Program-made: the position numbers and the translations under genes
Shown here: positions 37,336 to 51,800 of the stretch, piece by piece
Position numbering within the stretch: position 1 is the first letter of the stretch
How the letters are laid out: each line of letters begins with the position of its first letter
The notes under the pieces: model-generated
What the model saw: only the letters and a program-made list of their open reading frames with translations
Told to the model about the DNA's origin: nothing
Database searches by the model: none
Assembly (NCBI GenBank): GCA_976226885.1
Contig: OZ320314.1
Location: 52,142,001-52,206,000 of the forward strand
DNA length: 64,000 nucleotides
Direction: 5' to 3'
Source: Iphione sp. A-MEVVRFRX5
Taxonomy: Eukaryota

Positions 37336-40300
37336 CTCTACAGTCACCAGTTCAGCATTTACAAATGTCCGTCTAAATGGTCATGCTCTGCCTGGGGATC
37401 TTGTTTTGCTTCCAGTAGAAGTTACGCATCCAATCTGGGTTCAAATACCCCACCCAGAGAACCAAAAAACTAAAAGATTGCGGACAAAAAGGTGGTAAGG
37501 TTTTTTTTACACTTCATGCTTATCTATGCCCATTACAATACATGTATACATATTGCTCACGGTAGCCACATAGGCAACAAAGAGAAATAAAGATGGTGCA
37601 TATGCTTTAAATTTGATGCAATATCGCCTTAGGGGCAGTACTTGAAATAGTGCTTGGTAGAGACTAACCTGGTTCTCTATTTTAAATATTTCGAACGAAG
37701 CCTTTAAATCATGATGTATCATCTAACACAGAGCCTATGTGTGATTCGAATAAACAGTACCCATCCCCTGCTTTCTACGTGTTCTTCTATTATTAGTGTA
37801 TTTCTACTTTAGTCTGATCTCACTAAGAGAAGAAAACACATTAACTTGTTTGATTCAACCAGCACTTCAGGGCATCCCCTCGTTCAGTCAAACACTGGGC
37901 CAATATCACATGATATCATTCTGCGCCTTTTAATAACCTCGATTCAATGTTTAACATACCAGTAAGCATTGTTCCAGTCCGGCGCTACCGATGATCATCA
38001 TTCTTGAATTTCGCATGTGGAACCTGTAGAAATTACCTAGTTTTTATCCTGTTATATTCTTTATATCATACTGTGGGTTAAATATGCCTTAGATAAATTG
38101 GTCCTTTATTAACGTGGAATAACGGCAATGGTTACCTCACGACGATCCCAGCATTTTGGCCTATTAGTATTTACATTTGCACAAGTGAACTTCTGAAGCT
38201 GTCATGCATTATAACGATATGTACCTATGGCCACAGGGAGAATTATATCAGGGTTGCCCTTAAATGGAGAAAATTCGGGTTTGCTTCATAATGTGACATC
38301 TGATACTAATGAAAGCCTCCTCGTTTCTCACCAGTTACTGCGATGCGGTATATTGCAATGAAGTTCAAGTCAAGATAGAAAATGACTACATTGTGGTGAT
38401 TCTGCGTACTGGGAAATATCTTGTAAACTATATTGGAGGCCGATTTCTGCTACTCCCGCTACCGTTGTCCCTTACACTGAAATATCCCTTCTCAAACCTG
38501 CCATTCTGTTTTATCTATTACTATGTCCATATCTATCTACAGAACACATCAGTGAAGCATGCGGCTGTAATTATTGTGAATGTTTTCATTCGCTTGTCCT
38601 AGTCATTTCCCCAAGCCATACCTAAGAGTAAGCAAACAGTGATTGATGTGAATAACACCACCTGTCCTTCAACCAATCCCAAGTGTCCCTTTATCTTCAA
38701 ATCTAAGTGATATGAAAGTCGCAGCGGGTCCGCAGTAATAATGTCCTATGAACGGTCTGTTCCCTGTACCCAAGACGCTAGGATCCCGAGGCAGTGATCG
38801 TTGTCCCTACACAGGAACGATATTCTCATAGGAAATATGGGGACTTCATTTCACTTGTCAGTACATTACCTGCCTTCAAAACTAACCGATCGCTGAATAC
38901 ATATTTGCCTCGCCTGTCTGCGGAAATCCAATATAATCACTAAGCCACTACCTTTATCAATTGTGGTACTGTCTATATATAAATGTACACCCTCAGTCAG
39001 GAATATCGCTATGCAGGCAGTTTTGTGCTACCGAGTTGTTCCTAAAACAATTCATACACGACTGTTGAGAGTGGCAGTCTGCCAAGGAGCTGAATGATAG
39101 CCCAAGCTGTTCGTTGCGGGGCTAATAATTCTCAGAACCAAGGATGCATGACAAATCAAACACTGCATTTTCTATACTGAAAGAGTGTGAAATTGCATTA
39201 GCAATGGAAATGCCCCAAACTTGTCATATAGACCTTGTCAAGGGACGAGATGGGCAATACGTTTATTTAATGTTCGGCAATACAACTTTGTGCTTCGGCA
39301 TTTTTGTCGAAAGTATAGATGCTTTTTACACTATTTCTTCTCGCCCCTTTGTATAGTAATGATTAAACGTCTATTAGCACTTATCTTGTTATATTCACAA
39401 AGATGATTTTCCTAAATGTCATTTCTCAGGATGACATCCTGTTATCAAAGATGTGTCTGTCTATACTTGAAGGCTAACAAACAGTAATTATTACTCTCTT
39501 TCTATATTGAAAGTTAACAACATTTATAACCTATTGTACTCAAATAATTGACAAATAAAAACATATTCATCATATTATAAATCTTGATCTCGACTTACCC
39601 CTCATTACCTTCGTATAATATTTCTCTGAAGCCATAATTCACTCTCAACTTTTGCTTTTTGTGAATCGGTATACATGTACATCTATTTAGTACCTATGGT
39701 AGCCTATAGTAAGACCTGATTGATTTTAGACTCCTTTTCTTGACAAAATTTTAAAATTCCCCTTTGTAAGTCTCTTCATATTTAATACAGTAATTTCCAC
39801 AATTTAATGTTATGGTAACATATTGAATGCCAAAATTATTCTTTCATTGGCCATACAACAAGAGGTGTTTCCTTCTATGTCATCTTGATTTTATCCTTAA
39901 CCTGACGTAACCTGAAGCATTTTACAGACTATATTGATAGTAATTCTTCTTTAATTCTTTCTTTCGTCAAAATACTATGTTGGGAACATTGCAGATATAT
40001 TTTTTAGGAGTTAGTAGTATTGGAACATTCTAATATTAGTTTCAATTCTGTTGCAATTCCCATTGTAGGCAGCGCAAGTGTATTAACAAGTTTATTATGA
40101 TTTCTATGTTAACATACTAATATGCAGGATTTCTGGTTAGCAGTAATCCGTCCTTAAGAGGGTAGCTACATACATGTTCCAACTTGATTTAGCATCAATC
40201 ATAACCTCGAGATACATTTCTGAATTTATTTAATTACTTTGCTCATCTAGGTCTCCTATTTTCTCTCAACCTTCATAGCTGAAACGCATATATTTCATTT

Positions 40301-43300
40301 TGGGAATACTTATTCCTATACCATATTTTACTGATTTCAATGTCCAACTCGCTTTTGTTCTGGAGTCTCATCTAATAAATCCAAATTTACTTCCCTTTCA
40401 TTCCGCATTTTGTTTAAAAGTATTTTGTTCTTACAGGTTCACATGCATCGGTTGGATTCCATGAAATGCTTTTCAATCTCATGTGATCCAATTGACACCC
40501 AATACTCGAGCATGTCATTACCTGGTCATCCACTCTCGTTCCACGGCCAAGAGGTATTCCATCAAATATTAGGTTTCTCCTTCTACTCCATCGTGCTCTT
40601 AATTCTGAATAGTTCTTCGGATGTTGTGGTTTCTTGACTCATCGGTGTTCCTCATGTAGTTTCTTTTTCTAATGTTTTAGGTCCTCCACCTCACTTCAAG
40701 TTTGGAAAGATACGATTCCTTGTATTTCCAGCACTTATGTATACCGTATGTTGTGTCACCCTAACATACTTGTTTTCTTCAACCTGTGTACTTGTATAAG
40801 AGAAAACTTCTCTATCGCTGAGTAATCCTTTATGTAGGGCTGATGAAGATCCATCATTTCCGATATTCAACATTTCAGCACGTAATGCTTGAATTACAGG
40901 GCCATAGTCTGTCCTATTTTTCACGTTCAGATCTACAGCTATTTTGGTGTGGGTGCTTTTGATATAATCAGGTGTTGTTGCTTGAGTTACCCTTTGTGAG
41001 TCTTCTTGGGTAGAACAACGGCTAGTATTATTTTCAGTTTGGTTATCCTCAACCAGTTTCATCACTACGTTGTTTACTAATGTTACTTGCTTGCATGGCT
41101 GTTTCCGCCCTCTGCTTCACCTCGCATGGGCTCGTTGGGTCAATCAGATTCATCATAACACTAATTACCAACGCGGAGCACGGCCCATCCCTTTTATTTT
41201 CCCTTGCCAAGTGTTTATAACAATTTGAAGTAAATTATATGTATGACTTGCTCATTACAGCTCATTAAAGGCATTTACAGTCAGTGCTGACTTTCGTGTC
41301 CATTGGTCTCTATTCTATTCCCGGTATTCCTGGATAGTTGCGATGAACTCCTTTATGCGGCTCAACCTACCACCTCCATACTCTTATAAATTGCACTTTT
41401 GCTATTATAGTGCCCGCTCTATATTTGAATTATTTTGCTGACTACTCAGCGTATTAGCTAGTATAGTAACTTTACGATTTTCAATAATCTATTCTTTATA
41501 ATGCAGAGGATTCTAAGTACCACTTTTGTAGCCTACACGTCAGCTATTAGCTAATTTAAACTAACGTTATTTCACCTGTTAATGTCACAACAAATGTCCT
41601 ACATGTACTTCTGTACGATTCCTCTTATAAGAAGAGAAATTCTGATGACTTTTTCTGTGAAAATGAAAGAAGAGAATGACTAGTTTAGGCAGTGCTTCCC
41701 AATAGATGGTAGTATTGTGCGGGAGGACATCTGAAATATAATCCAATGTTTTTTCCTCGTCTACACTAGATGCTAGTGGACAGTCTCGCTGGTTCTGTGG
41801 GAGGGAATCTGATAGCCAGCTGTCCTTAACATTGTAGACGAGGCCCCAAACAGATTGCCCACTCACAAGAGTATGTCTTGTTCACTAGGTTAACCTTAAG
41901 CTTCTGCTGTGGGGTTGTAATGCTAAACCTAACAGTAAGAAGTAATTTTCTGGCTTCATCGAAGCCACCAATGGCTGAACGATGTTCTTTAATTTTCTTG
42001 ACACATGTATGTTTTGTCCGATCTGTTAATGGTTAACAGGACAGCATTTTTGTTAGAAAAACTGTCTTTGCTAAATCGAAAATATTAAAAGGTTGGAAAC
42101 AACGTAATTATCTCGATATGAAGCGTTTAAATATATTGCATATTGTAAGACCCCCCCCAGGAGAGAACACGCTTTCAACGATCATGATATACGATATAAT
42201 GTGGTTATATACTACAAGTCTAGTGCGGCACCTTCGTGCAAAAAATAGACAATACAGAACGATATACAATCAGAGTTTTGCACTGAAATATACTAGTTTG
42301 TTAGTAGGAACTGCATGGTTATGTGAAAACGTAAACAGAGTAAAGTACGCCAATCGTTACCAAATACTAAACAAAATTCTGAAATTGACATAAAGCTTTT
42401 GATTTATATAGAAGACATAGGACATTGTTTCAAAGCCCTACTAATCCAAAACCTGGTGAAGCACACACTTTAATCCTTTCATCACTTTATACTCATTTAT
42501 TTTGTGGAAAATTCCACATCGACCGTTTTAAAACCTGTGTACAAGGAGGAATGTTTGCTCAGCCCTGTGTAGTGAGGTCGGTTGATAGATGGGCAGGTAG
42601 GCAAGGCAATTTTGTCAGAGGTAGAGTGGAGCAGGAACTCCAGGTACACTTGACCTAATGCCCTTTTCGGTTATTTTCTCTTGAAATGGCAGAAACATAT
42701 AAGTATAGCGTAATAAGGATCCCCATAGGTTTTATCGTATTCAGGTATTTTCATGTGCACTGTATTCCTGAAAGGTTACCTTTTCGGAGGGTTATGTATG
42801 TTTGTTCGTGCTTCTATTATGAAAATAGTAAGAATTAGAGATTATATATCTGAATATGTACAGTTGATATGTTAAAGTTTTGGAATTAAATCACTTATCT
42901 TTCCTTTGGAAGTCTCCTTCGAAAGACACCACTTGTTTTGTGGTACATTCTGTTTCAGTACAAACGAAGAGTGATTTTAGTTTTCCTGAATTGTAATAGA
43001 TTGTGCCTTCTGCCTGGCAAGGTTAATTTGCTGTTCAAACTATTTAACTAGTCGCGCTTGCTGAGCGTTTAGACATGAGATCACGCCCATTTTTTATGGC
43101 GGTACACCAAAATGATAGATGAAATATTGAACCAAGTTTATTTTGATAGATTTACTTTACGGGGATTTTCTTATGGCAAGTTCTCAGAAGAAATGTTATA
43201 TTTTGAGTGTAATAGAGACAAAATCTATCAGCTTCATGTTCAAGTAAGATGTATCTTACCTCAGGGCAACCGATACTTCAAATTGGTGAATAACCTGGGC

Positions 43301-45172
43301 TGACGGGCAGATCCATGGGTTCCCGACAAACTACCGCATGGCAGTAGGCTCCATCCCCCTGGGTCTTCCTAACCCATACGTCCACCTAGCGCTCTTCTCA
43401 TATCCTAACGTACACCGACGCTTTTCTAATATGGAGTTAACCTCTCCTTCAGGGAACGCAAGGAAGACGCCATTAAAGAAGATGCATATGCCAATGTCCG
43501 TTATGGAACTATATTTTTGTTCGTTCTAATCTACCTACTCCTGCTCTTCGTATTCTTCCTTCGTTTCATTCCCTTTTGCTTTCTAGTCTCCTCACATCAC
43601 CATATTTGTTTGCTGCAGTGGCCCAAATTAGCTCTACTGATGAACTGCTTAAGCATAGAACAGGAGTTGGGAGGCTAGTGAGAAAAACTGCAAATGGAAC
43701 CAATTATGTTTTTGCGAGCCAAGATCGAGTAGTGCATAGCAAAGGAAAGGGACAAACGCACAGACACAAACACACATACAGTGGCCATATTGTGGTGTCA
43801 ACAGGTACGGAGATGTATAAACAACGAGAGAGCTGCGCAATAATTATCTGAGACACGGAAGTTTAAATATGCCATTTATTGAGGACTTTATACCTTTTGC
43901 AATAGTACCCTTCCACTACGTCATTAACCGTGTGCTTTACTAGGCCATATGTTCTGCGCTCCCGTATTGAGATACCCTTTTGAGGCCAGCACACCGTGGC
44001 GGGGACATGGTTTAAGGCACGGTGATATACACGATGTCCTCACGGGACCGCTTGATTTGTGTGAACATCCATGACACATACATGAGCTAAAGTGGCTCAT
44101 GACGGATAGTCGGGTAATGGCGGAGCCAGAAGGTGGGAGTGAGGATGTGGGATGGTGCGGCGCGTGTGAGGACGAAGGTAACGACGTGTGAGTGTGAGAT
44201 TCGGAGTTATACACACAGGTAAAGTCAGTGCTCTATGAATTGCTCCTTGAAAGCGAAATGAATGCCTGTACGAGTGAGATCGTGGAGTAAGGAAGGATCC
44301 GTGAGTGTAAGCGTGAGATGAAGGTAAGCTATACATGAAGGGGTGTATGGTGGCTGGGTTTTGTATGGAAAAAGTATTTGCATGGAAAAATAGAATGGCC
44401 TTTAAACATTATGTTTTTAAGTGTTTTCATTGTGCATGAGAAAAAGCCCTACAGCTCTCAAATACAACCAAGGCAAACAGAAAAACAACTGCTGTCTAAG
44501 GCGTGCCATTTATTGTCTTGATGGACATTTTCCTTGGCAGGTTTGAGCATTGTCACTAAAACCTCCTTGTAGACCTAAATCTATTTTCTCTATTGTTATC
44601 ACAGGCATTGCCAGTCATAGTACCACGCGCCCCCCTTTTATCAGATAAAGCTCTCCCCAACCCTATTTTTATTCTGCCTTCTGCTTCATGACAGGCGCCT
44701 CTGAGTGAAACCTCACTCATAAGTTCTCATCGATCTGCAAGGGAACTAAAATAATCATTTATGAATTTCATTTGACATAGTATTGAAAACGTCGGCATGG
44801 AAAGCATAATCTGAAGTAACGTATAAGAATATCAGTAGCAATCTTTGTTCCTACGTTTTTGGGGTGAGATGCGAATTACTGACAATAAATTTCCTCGCAA
44901 TGTTGACCGCTCACCCTTGGAAGTCAGTGAATAGAGTTGGTATATTACGCTGCACCGGTAAGAATATGTAAAGTCTTACAGTATAGCTCTACTCGCGTGA
45001 AGCACATGCAAGGTATTACATTCAATGTTACTTATCAAACATACTCACGGTTTTACTTTTATACTTGGTGTTCCTTTCTACTAACGACTCACGACGATTT
45101 TGACATATTTGGTTCATATTGTAAAACTAATGTCCTAATATCCAATAAAGATAGTGTATATATGCATCAGCA

Positions 45173-45184
45173 CCACTAGAGGGC
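45173..45184 (+). promoter_or_regulatory. CTCF core motif
   Basis: CCACTAGAGGGC is a 12/12 match to CCASYAGRKGGC. Motif match only. Confidence 0.45.
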
Positions 45185-45979
45185 CAATATCTGCTCTAGT
45201 CGAGATTCCATCCCCGAGAGCAGACACGTAAGGTGGCACACTATCTGACCACATGCATTCTAGATGGTTCTTAATAATACCCACAGTGTACAACCACTAG
45301 CAGTAAACAACTCCTTACAGCATGGATATTAGTAACTCTACGGTCTATTGCCAGGACTAGTGCCCTGTCTGCGACACTTATTGCATGCACAGTACTGCCA
45401 ACAGGGCTGCCATGGTTGTTAACAGTATCTATCACTCTCCGCGGGGTGTCCTCTTTAACAATGCATGGTGATGCAGAGTACACACCTGCACTAATAAACC
45501 AAGTTAGTGGGTTAATTGGTTGTTGGGATACATACGCATCCTTGGCATCTTGGGAACAGTCTTCAAATACCTAGTCCAAGTGCACCATGGGCAGACTTAT
45601 GTTGACCTTTAACAATGAACTTGACTGTCCGTGTGTGATGTCATCAAGGGGAACAAGCAGAGAGGAAATATTACTCACGGATGATTGGTAGCATTTAAGC
45701 ATTCAATTTGTGTGTCAGGTTATTATTATACAGCCTATGGTGGAAAACCTCAAACCTAAACCCATGTTCATATTCTGCATATAGGATGTGCACGGATGCA
45801 TGCCGCATAGTGTAAAGTGTGCATTGTGGACCTAGGTCAGTATAACAAATCCATCAGTGTTTCATAATATGGTGACTTATATTGACACGTTACCTTACAA
45901 TACACACTTTGGGCAGACAATATCAACCCATACCTAGATAAGTGCATTACGTCATACATCTATGAATTACATAACATTG

Positions 45980-46319
45980 GGCCTAAACAAAAAATATCTG
46001 TGTTTCCGGTAACCGGACCGACCCTCTTTTTTGTCCTACTAGAACATTTTATTTTATTATGTTTTTGTTAATATCTTTGGCATGAATAATGATAAAGACA
46101 TCTGCTATATACCATTTTGCTCCTCAGATCATTAGCTTTCATTTGATATATGTCTCATTAAGATCTGAGTAGTAGAACATATATTACTATATACATATGT
46201 CGCTTTAAGTGAAAATTAACATTGAAAAAAGATGAAAAAAATAAAAATAACCCACCGACCTACCGACCCTGTAGTTTTGAAGCATGTTACCGGAAACACA
46301 GAACTTTTTTTTTTAGGCC
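45980..46319. mobile_element. TIR MITE, ~340 bp, complete (PIF/Harbinger- or Kolobok-like; superfamily unresolved)
   Basis: Left GGCCTAAACAAAAAATATCTGTGTTTCCGGTAAC; right GTTACCGGAAACACAGAACTTTTTTTTTTAGGCC|TTAA. Subterminal CCGACC repeats at both ends and an AT-rich interior. Confidence 0.9.
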
Positions 46320-48699
46320 TTAACTTCGTTCTTCCGAAAACAGACTATGCATAATCATGCCATAAGCGCAGGTGCCATAATCTTATAGCGCAGATGTGCA
46401 TTCCAGCCACCCGTCCGTTGGTTATAAGGAAGCCCATAGAAAAGAGCTCTGAAGTAACTCTGCCAGATCGTTTCCCTCGTACCTTTAAGTACGTTTCTAA
46501 ATGCAGTTCGCCTGCTAAATGTTCCCGGGGTGTCACGCCATTGGTCAATTGTGCCTATTTGAAAATTATTAATGTCTACTGAAAGGCTGCGATAAGGACG
46601 TAGCGACCCTCTCCAAAGTAAATCTTATTACGACAGGGTTGCATTTTAACAAGAAAATGTTTAATTTCAATTGATCGTCAATACGTTTTCACTGCTCAAA
46701 GGTCAACCTCGACATGTTTTCGTTGTAATCAAGTTCCCAATCATTTTTATTTTAGGGAAAAAGGAACGCCTTAAGATATCGGCTTTTAGCCAATGGGGGG
46801 TTTTACAATGTCCTCCTAAGAGTACACCTTTTAGTAATACCTGGTTGAAATGATTTTGAGTGTTTGGCTTAAATTTACTGATGTTATGGCATCGTTTTAT
46901 CTGTATGATTACTATAGCTCACATATTTTGCCCTCTGGTTAAACTTTGATAATTGCAGTATACATATAACAAGACCATTTTCAGTGTGCTTGACAGCATT
47001 TAACCCTATATGGTTCGTACCTAATTTGGCCGTGCTTGCCATTATATCACGTTTCAAATCTCAGCACAATATACGAAAATTACTTTTTCTCAAATGTCAA
47101 TTTTATTATATCAGACACATGATCAGGAGAAGCACATGTGCAATCATATTAACTCTACGAACATTTTGTCTCATTAACTGTCAGATCAAACTGTGAAAAT
47201 TCCGAGCAGAGATAATCTCCCTTCTTGAAATAAGCGGGGTTACCTAAGCCCGTTTGCTAGATATGACATGAACCGTTCGACATATACACTGCAGTGTCAG
47301 AAAACCGTATACGCTCCTAGGGAGGCTGATTATACAGCTTCCGGTCAGCTTCAGTTATAAACTAATTTAAGTTTTATTAGCGGCACCTAATGTTCTCCGT
47401 TCCTATAGCATCAAGCCTTATAATATTATGATGATGATAATAATAATGTTATAGAGTTAGCATGCTGACTTCTCTTACTCATTTTGAGCTAAATCCTCCA
47501 TTGGCAAATAAACAGTTGGTAACCCATGTTTCTTGATGCAGTGATAGACCCGTATTGTATATAAAAAACATCAATCGGCGTTGAAAAGGCAGCTAGATAT
47601 TCCGTAAATACAAACAGGTTTTCGATTACCATACATTACCAAAGGTGTACGTGATGAGTGCGACGTGCTGAACCCATAGACCCTGGCCAATCCTGGGGAT
47701 TGTTCTACGAAACCTACCCTTGAGGCAATCTAGCTATTCAATGCAACCTGAGCCTTAAAGGATCTGATCACGCTTCTCAGGCAACTTTCACATTGGACGT
47801 GTGCACCCATTACTTACTGCGAATAGAGAGTGCTTGTGTGATACTCGAGAAGATCCGGAAGACTGTAGGAGATGAAATAAACACGTACGATGTGACGTGT
47901 ACGTGAATGGGGCTTTTTTTTCTAATATCTTAGATGCAGTTAAAATATGAACTGATTAGTAAATGTGGAAGAGGTTCCCAATTACACGGTTGGCGTTAAT
48001 AGATTTCACTATGTACTATTTTAAGGCCACAGGGATGATATTTACAAATATAGTATGAAATTAAACAAAATTACTAAACGCGAGCATGAAGTCTTAATTT
48101 GTGAAAATAATATTGCGATGAAACCTCCATAGTGCATACAAAGAAGGGAATTCGATGGTTGTTACCACAACAGCTATTAAGCAGATTGTTTGGGTATTGT
48201 TATGGAGTCTTTGAAGTCTTGAAGAAGAGAATGTGGCATGCAGCCGGATTGTATTATCACAGATTCATTTCCGCTGCATTCTTTAAGAACTAACCAGTGT
48301 TTAATTTGTTCAAACTAAACCTACGAAACCAGTCTAGTTTTAAAAAGGCAAGGCTGCAACCGCGCAAATTGTCAAGTGGGGAATTCGCTGCCCGTGGGTA
48401 CAGCCTGTGGTTTTACAAAGCATTCTTTTAACCACCTTTGTATGAGACAGCAGCAAGTTGTTCCCAGCTTACAGTAATGCTGTCTATTGTTGTCTGTTAT
48501 AAATAAATACTTTTATGCTTCAATAGGATGCAGGCAGAGGGCACTTTAGAAATATTGTTATGAAGCAAGTGTCATGTGTCGTAATATTTCGGGGAAAAAC
48601 TACTTGTTGACGATGGCTTACAATGCACATATTTTTGACAGTACTTTAATTTATTCTGTATATTTAGAATAATTCGGTATTAACAGGTTCTCTAGCTCA

Positions 48700-48806
48700 T
48701 CAACATGACCTGGGGTGAAGCCAAAAGAACAGCCTAAGTCAAAACGAGAAGGAGATCTGCTGTGCGGGTCCTATGCTATGATGGGAACCAAGAGGACTAA
48801 CCTAAC
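48700..48806 (+). mobile_element. 3'-terminal fragment of an RTE-clade LINE
   Basis: 48702-48800 translates as NMTWGEAKRTA*VKTRRRSAVRVLCYDGNQED*, matching the RTE ORF C-terminus pattern TWGEAKRxAxxRxxWRxxVxALCxxGxxED*. A CTAA-type tail follows immediately. Confidence 0.85.
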
Positions 48807-51800
48807 ACAGTGAATGGTTTTTCTATGTTAACAATAACAAGATACAGACAGTTGATGTCCCATACCCAAGAAATCTTGGCTTAGTATGCACCTTAAACAG
48901 TTTATTACACCATACTTTTCCTCTTAGATATAAAAGGGGACAGTAGAGGTTGGGATATCACACATAATTGTACTCACTGCATTTACATTGTATATTTCAA
49001 AGATGTTCCTGCTATTTTCAACCAAATAACACTATTTACAGGTTTTTGATGATGAGTATAAAACGGAAGTGTACACTGAGGTTGTCCGAATTAATATATC
49101 TGACAGAGCAGACGACATTAACAGCACAAACGGCATTTCTTACATCAGCGGAAAAGCGGGAAAACTGAAAGGGTTGGTTCGAGCATCGGACATTGAGTCG
49201 GAGTAGAATGGGGAGGGAGACTCCCATTACGAGGACGGCCGAATTAACTTCATAAATCTAACATAATCACGCTCTCAGCGCGCCCACCCACTCACCATCA
49301 GCGCCGATTCCTGCTGAATAATGCGCTGAAAGCACAGTGCAAGTAAATATCAAAAAGAGAAACGTGACCAAAGTTTCCCTCAGTTTCAATCTGTATTACG
49401 TATTTCTTTCCCTAAAGGCATGCGCCAATCGTCCTTTTCATTAGAAATATTATTCATTTCTCTTTGATCCTATTTTCTCCGTTGGTTCCAATATAAGAAA
49501 TCAACATCTTCTCGTGCACTTATCCCTTTGGTCTCAGTCGTCAGGGTCTGTTATTTCCTGTCGGAATGGATATCCATCGTTCCTAGTCACATCTTAATTT
49601 CCCCGTCTCTTATCAGCCAGTGACAGGACGGTCAGTGTGGTCCAGCCTGACACATAAATCTCAGGCTTCAGAGGCACAGATTAAGCCCTTGCGGCGACTT
49701 ACCCCTTTGACCGCGATGACAGTTGTGTGCGTTCTACTTACAATAAATGGGGAGGAAATACTGTCCCTGTCTCCACATCACCTCTACTACCTCTCCACAG
49801 ACCCTGCTTTTATGTCATCCCGGCTGCCTCGGTCTTGAACCTTTCCTGCCTCTAATCCTCTCGTCCGTCCATCACCTTTGTCCAGTTACTTCCATCTCCA
49901 ACCTCACGGACATCGTCGCTCCCCTCAATGGCCGGAGATGTCCCATGTCAAGCACTTCCACCTGGTCGCCGTATCTGACCCTGGCCATCTCTAAATGGCC
50001 CAGAACCATGTAACCTTCACTTCCATTCATTATTCTGCCTTGCCCCCTATTGCTGCTGCTTCTCTTGTCCCGATTCATGTTCTCATACCGCATCCTTCTG
50101 AGCTTTTTTTTAATCTTACATGTTCTACTGCACTCACTCCTCTTCTTATCTTTCATGTCGTATGGCTCTTCACCTCTACCTACTCTCATTTGTCTGCTTT
50201 TAAAATGTTCCCAATCTCTCATTACTGGCGTCATTCACTGGTTTTAGTTAGGCCGGTCCCTTTTACAACTCTAACGAGTCTTCATACACCACCTACTTTA
50301 TCTCCTGTCACTGTTTTTATATCACGTCCATCCGTGCAACCCTTGTACATCTCTCACACTTATTAATTTTCCCACTGTTCTCATTGATTTGCTTACCACT
50401 CGCGAGGCTTACACTTCTTACTGTTTTACGTCTTTATTTCTATTATCACTCTTTTATCTACCCCACTACCCCATTCACACTCACTGCTCTCGCTGCTCTT
50501 ATTCCTTTGACCCATCTACCCGTATTTTCAAATAATTATTTCCAAGCAATATTTACAAATAAAAATATTTACGTAAATATGTGCTATTACTGCTAACGTT
50601 ATTAGTCTACTATATTCGGGGGAACAGTAATGCCCTCCCATACTTTGCATGCCGAATAGCACTGTGTATTATCTTGCTGTCCTTCTCATCCTTGGAGGTT
50701 TCCTATGCCTCCTAGTGTACCTGTCCTTCATTATTTTCTCTATTCATTCTCCCAGTCACCCTCCTCTTCAGACTAGGTGTCCAAGAAGCTTTAGATTACC
50801 TGGAAACATGCTGAGATTCTGTTCACCTTTCAATGCACTTACGTTGCGTCCTCTCATAGAAATAATTGGTGTATCATTGCTCTGTTGCCGCTCCGTGTAA
50901 ATTGCATGTTATAGGCGATATTCCAGGTTTACTCAGTGTGACCATTCATCTGTTAAAAACATTTAATATCCAGTCTAACATTTTACCTGTAAGAATAATA
51001 CAAGTAGAAGTCTGTTTTTGTTTGAAAGAGAACTTGCAACGGATCTACATACAAAATTATATTTTTACATCCGAAAGAATAAACGAATTAAAAAAGTATA
51101 CTACCAGTTGACCTAGGGGGGAAGGGTATTTGAAGCTTTATGTGGGTGATGCAAGATTCATTCAAGAGGTCTACGTGGCTTCGTCGGATTAAAAGGGATG
51201 CGGGAGGTGTTTCCAGATTTGAGAATACAATTTTTACAGTCGGCTTTCCTCTGCTTATTTTTATTTTCTTCATCTGTTCAAGTAGTGTCACAAACCTCCA
51301 TGCCTACCACTTCAACCAAATGCCCTAAAGTCAACAGCCAAGGCATAAGGATGGACGTCACATCACTGTACTGCAAAATGTATAACTGTTGCCTCACTCT
51401 CCCAGCACCCAATACTCCCCTGCTCCTCTGGAAAGTCCTGACGTCAGCCCATAAAGATTGGGGTTATTGTTTTGTACTCACTGCTGTTCGATTATCGTTC
51501 CATACTCTCGGGACTCTGACCACTAACTTCACTCCTTTATTCCCTGCCCGATCACTGGGAAGACTTAACATCTAGACTTACAGTCATATTATCTGTCATT
51601 CATTCATGCTCTCTCCGTGGGCCCTGTATACTTCAGCTCTTCCTTCTCCTCTTCTTTCCACCTGTCCAAGCAGAAAACATTCTTTCCTCTACATTGTATT
51701 CAATGGCCTTGGAAGCTAAATAATTTCAAGAGTATACTACAGTCTGCCTGTCACTTTCTATTTTCTCCATATTCCTCCTTCTGTGACCCTACTTTGACCT

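Noticed and set aside
41690-41702. CAGTGCTTCCCAA, an hAT/Charlie-like terminus
   Set aside because: No matching inverted end or 8-bp TSD found.
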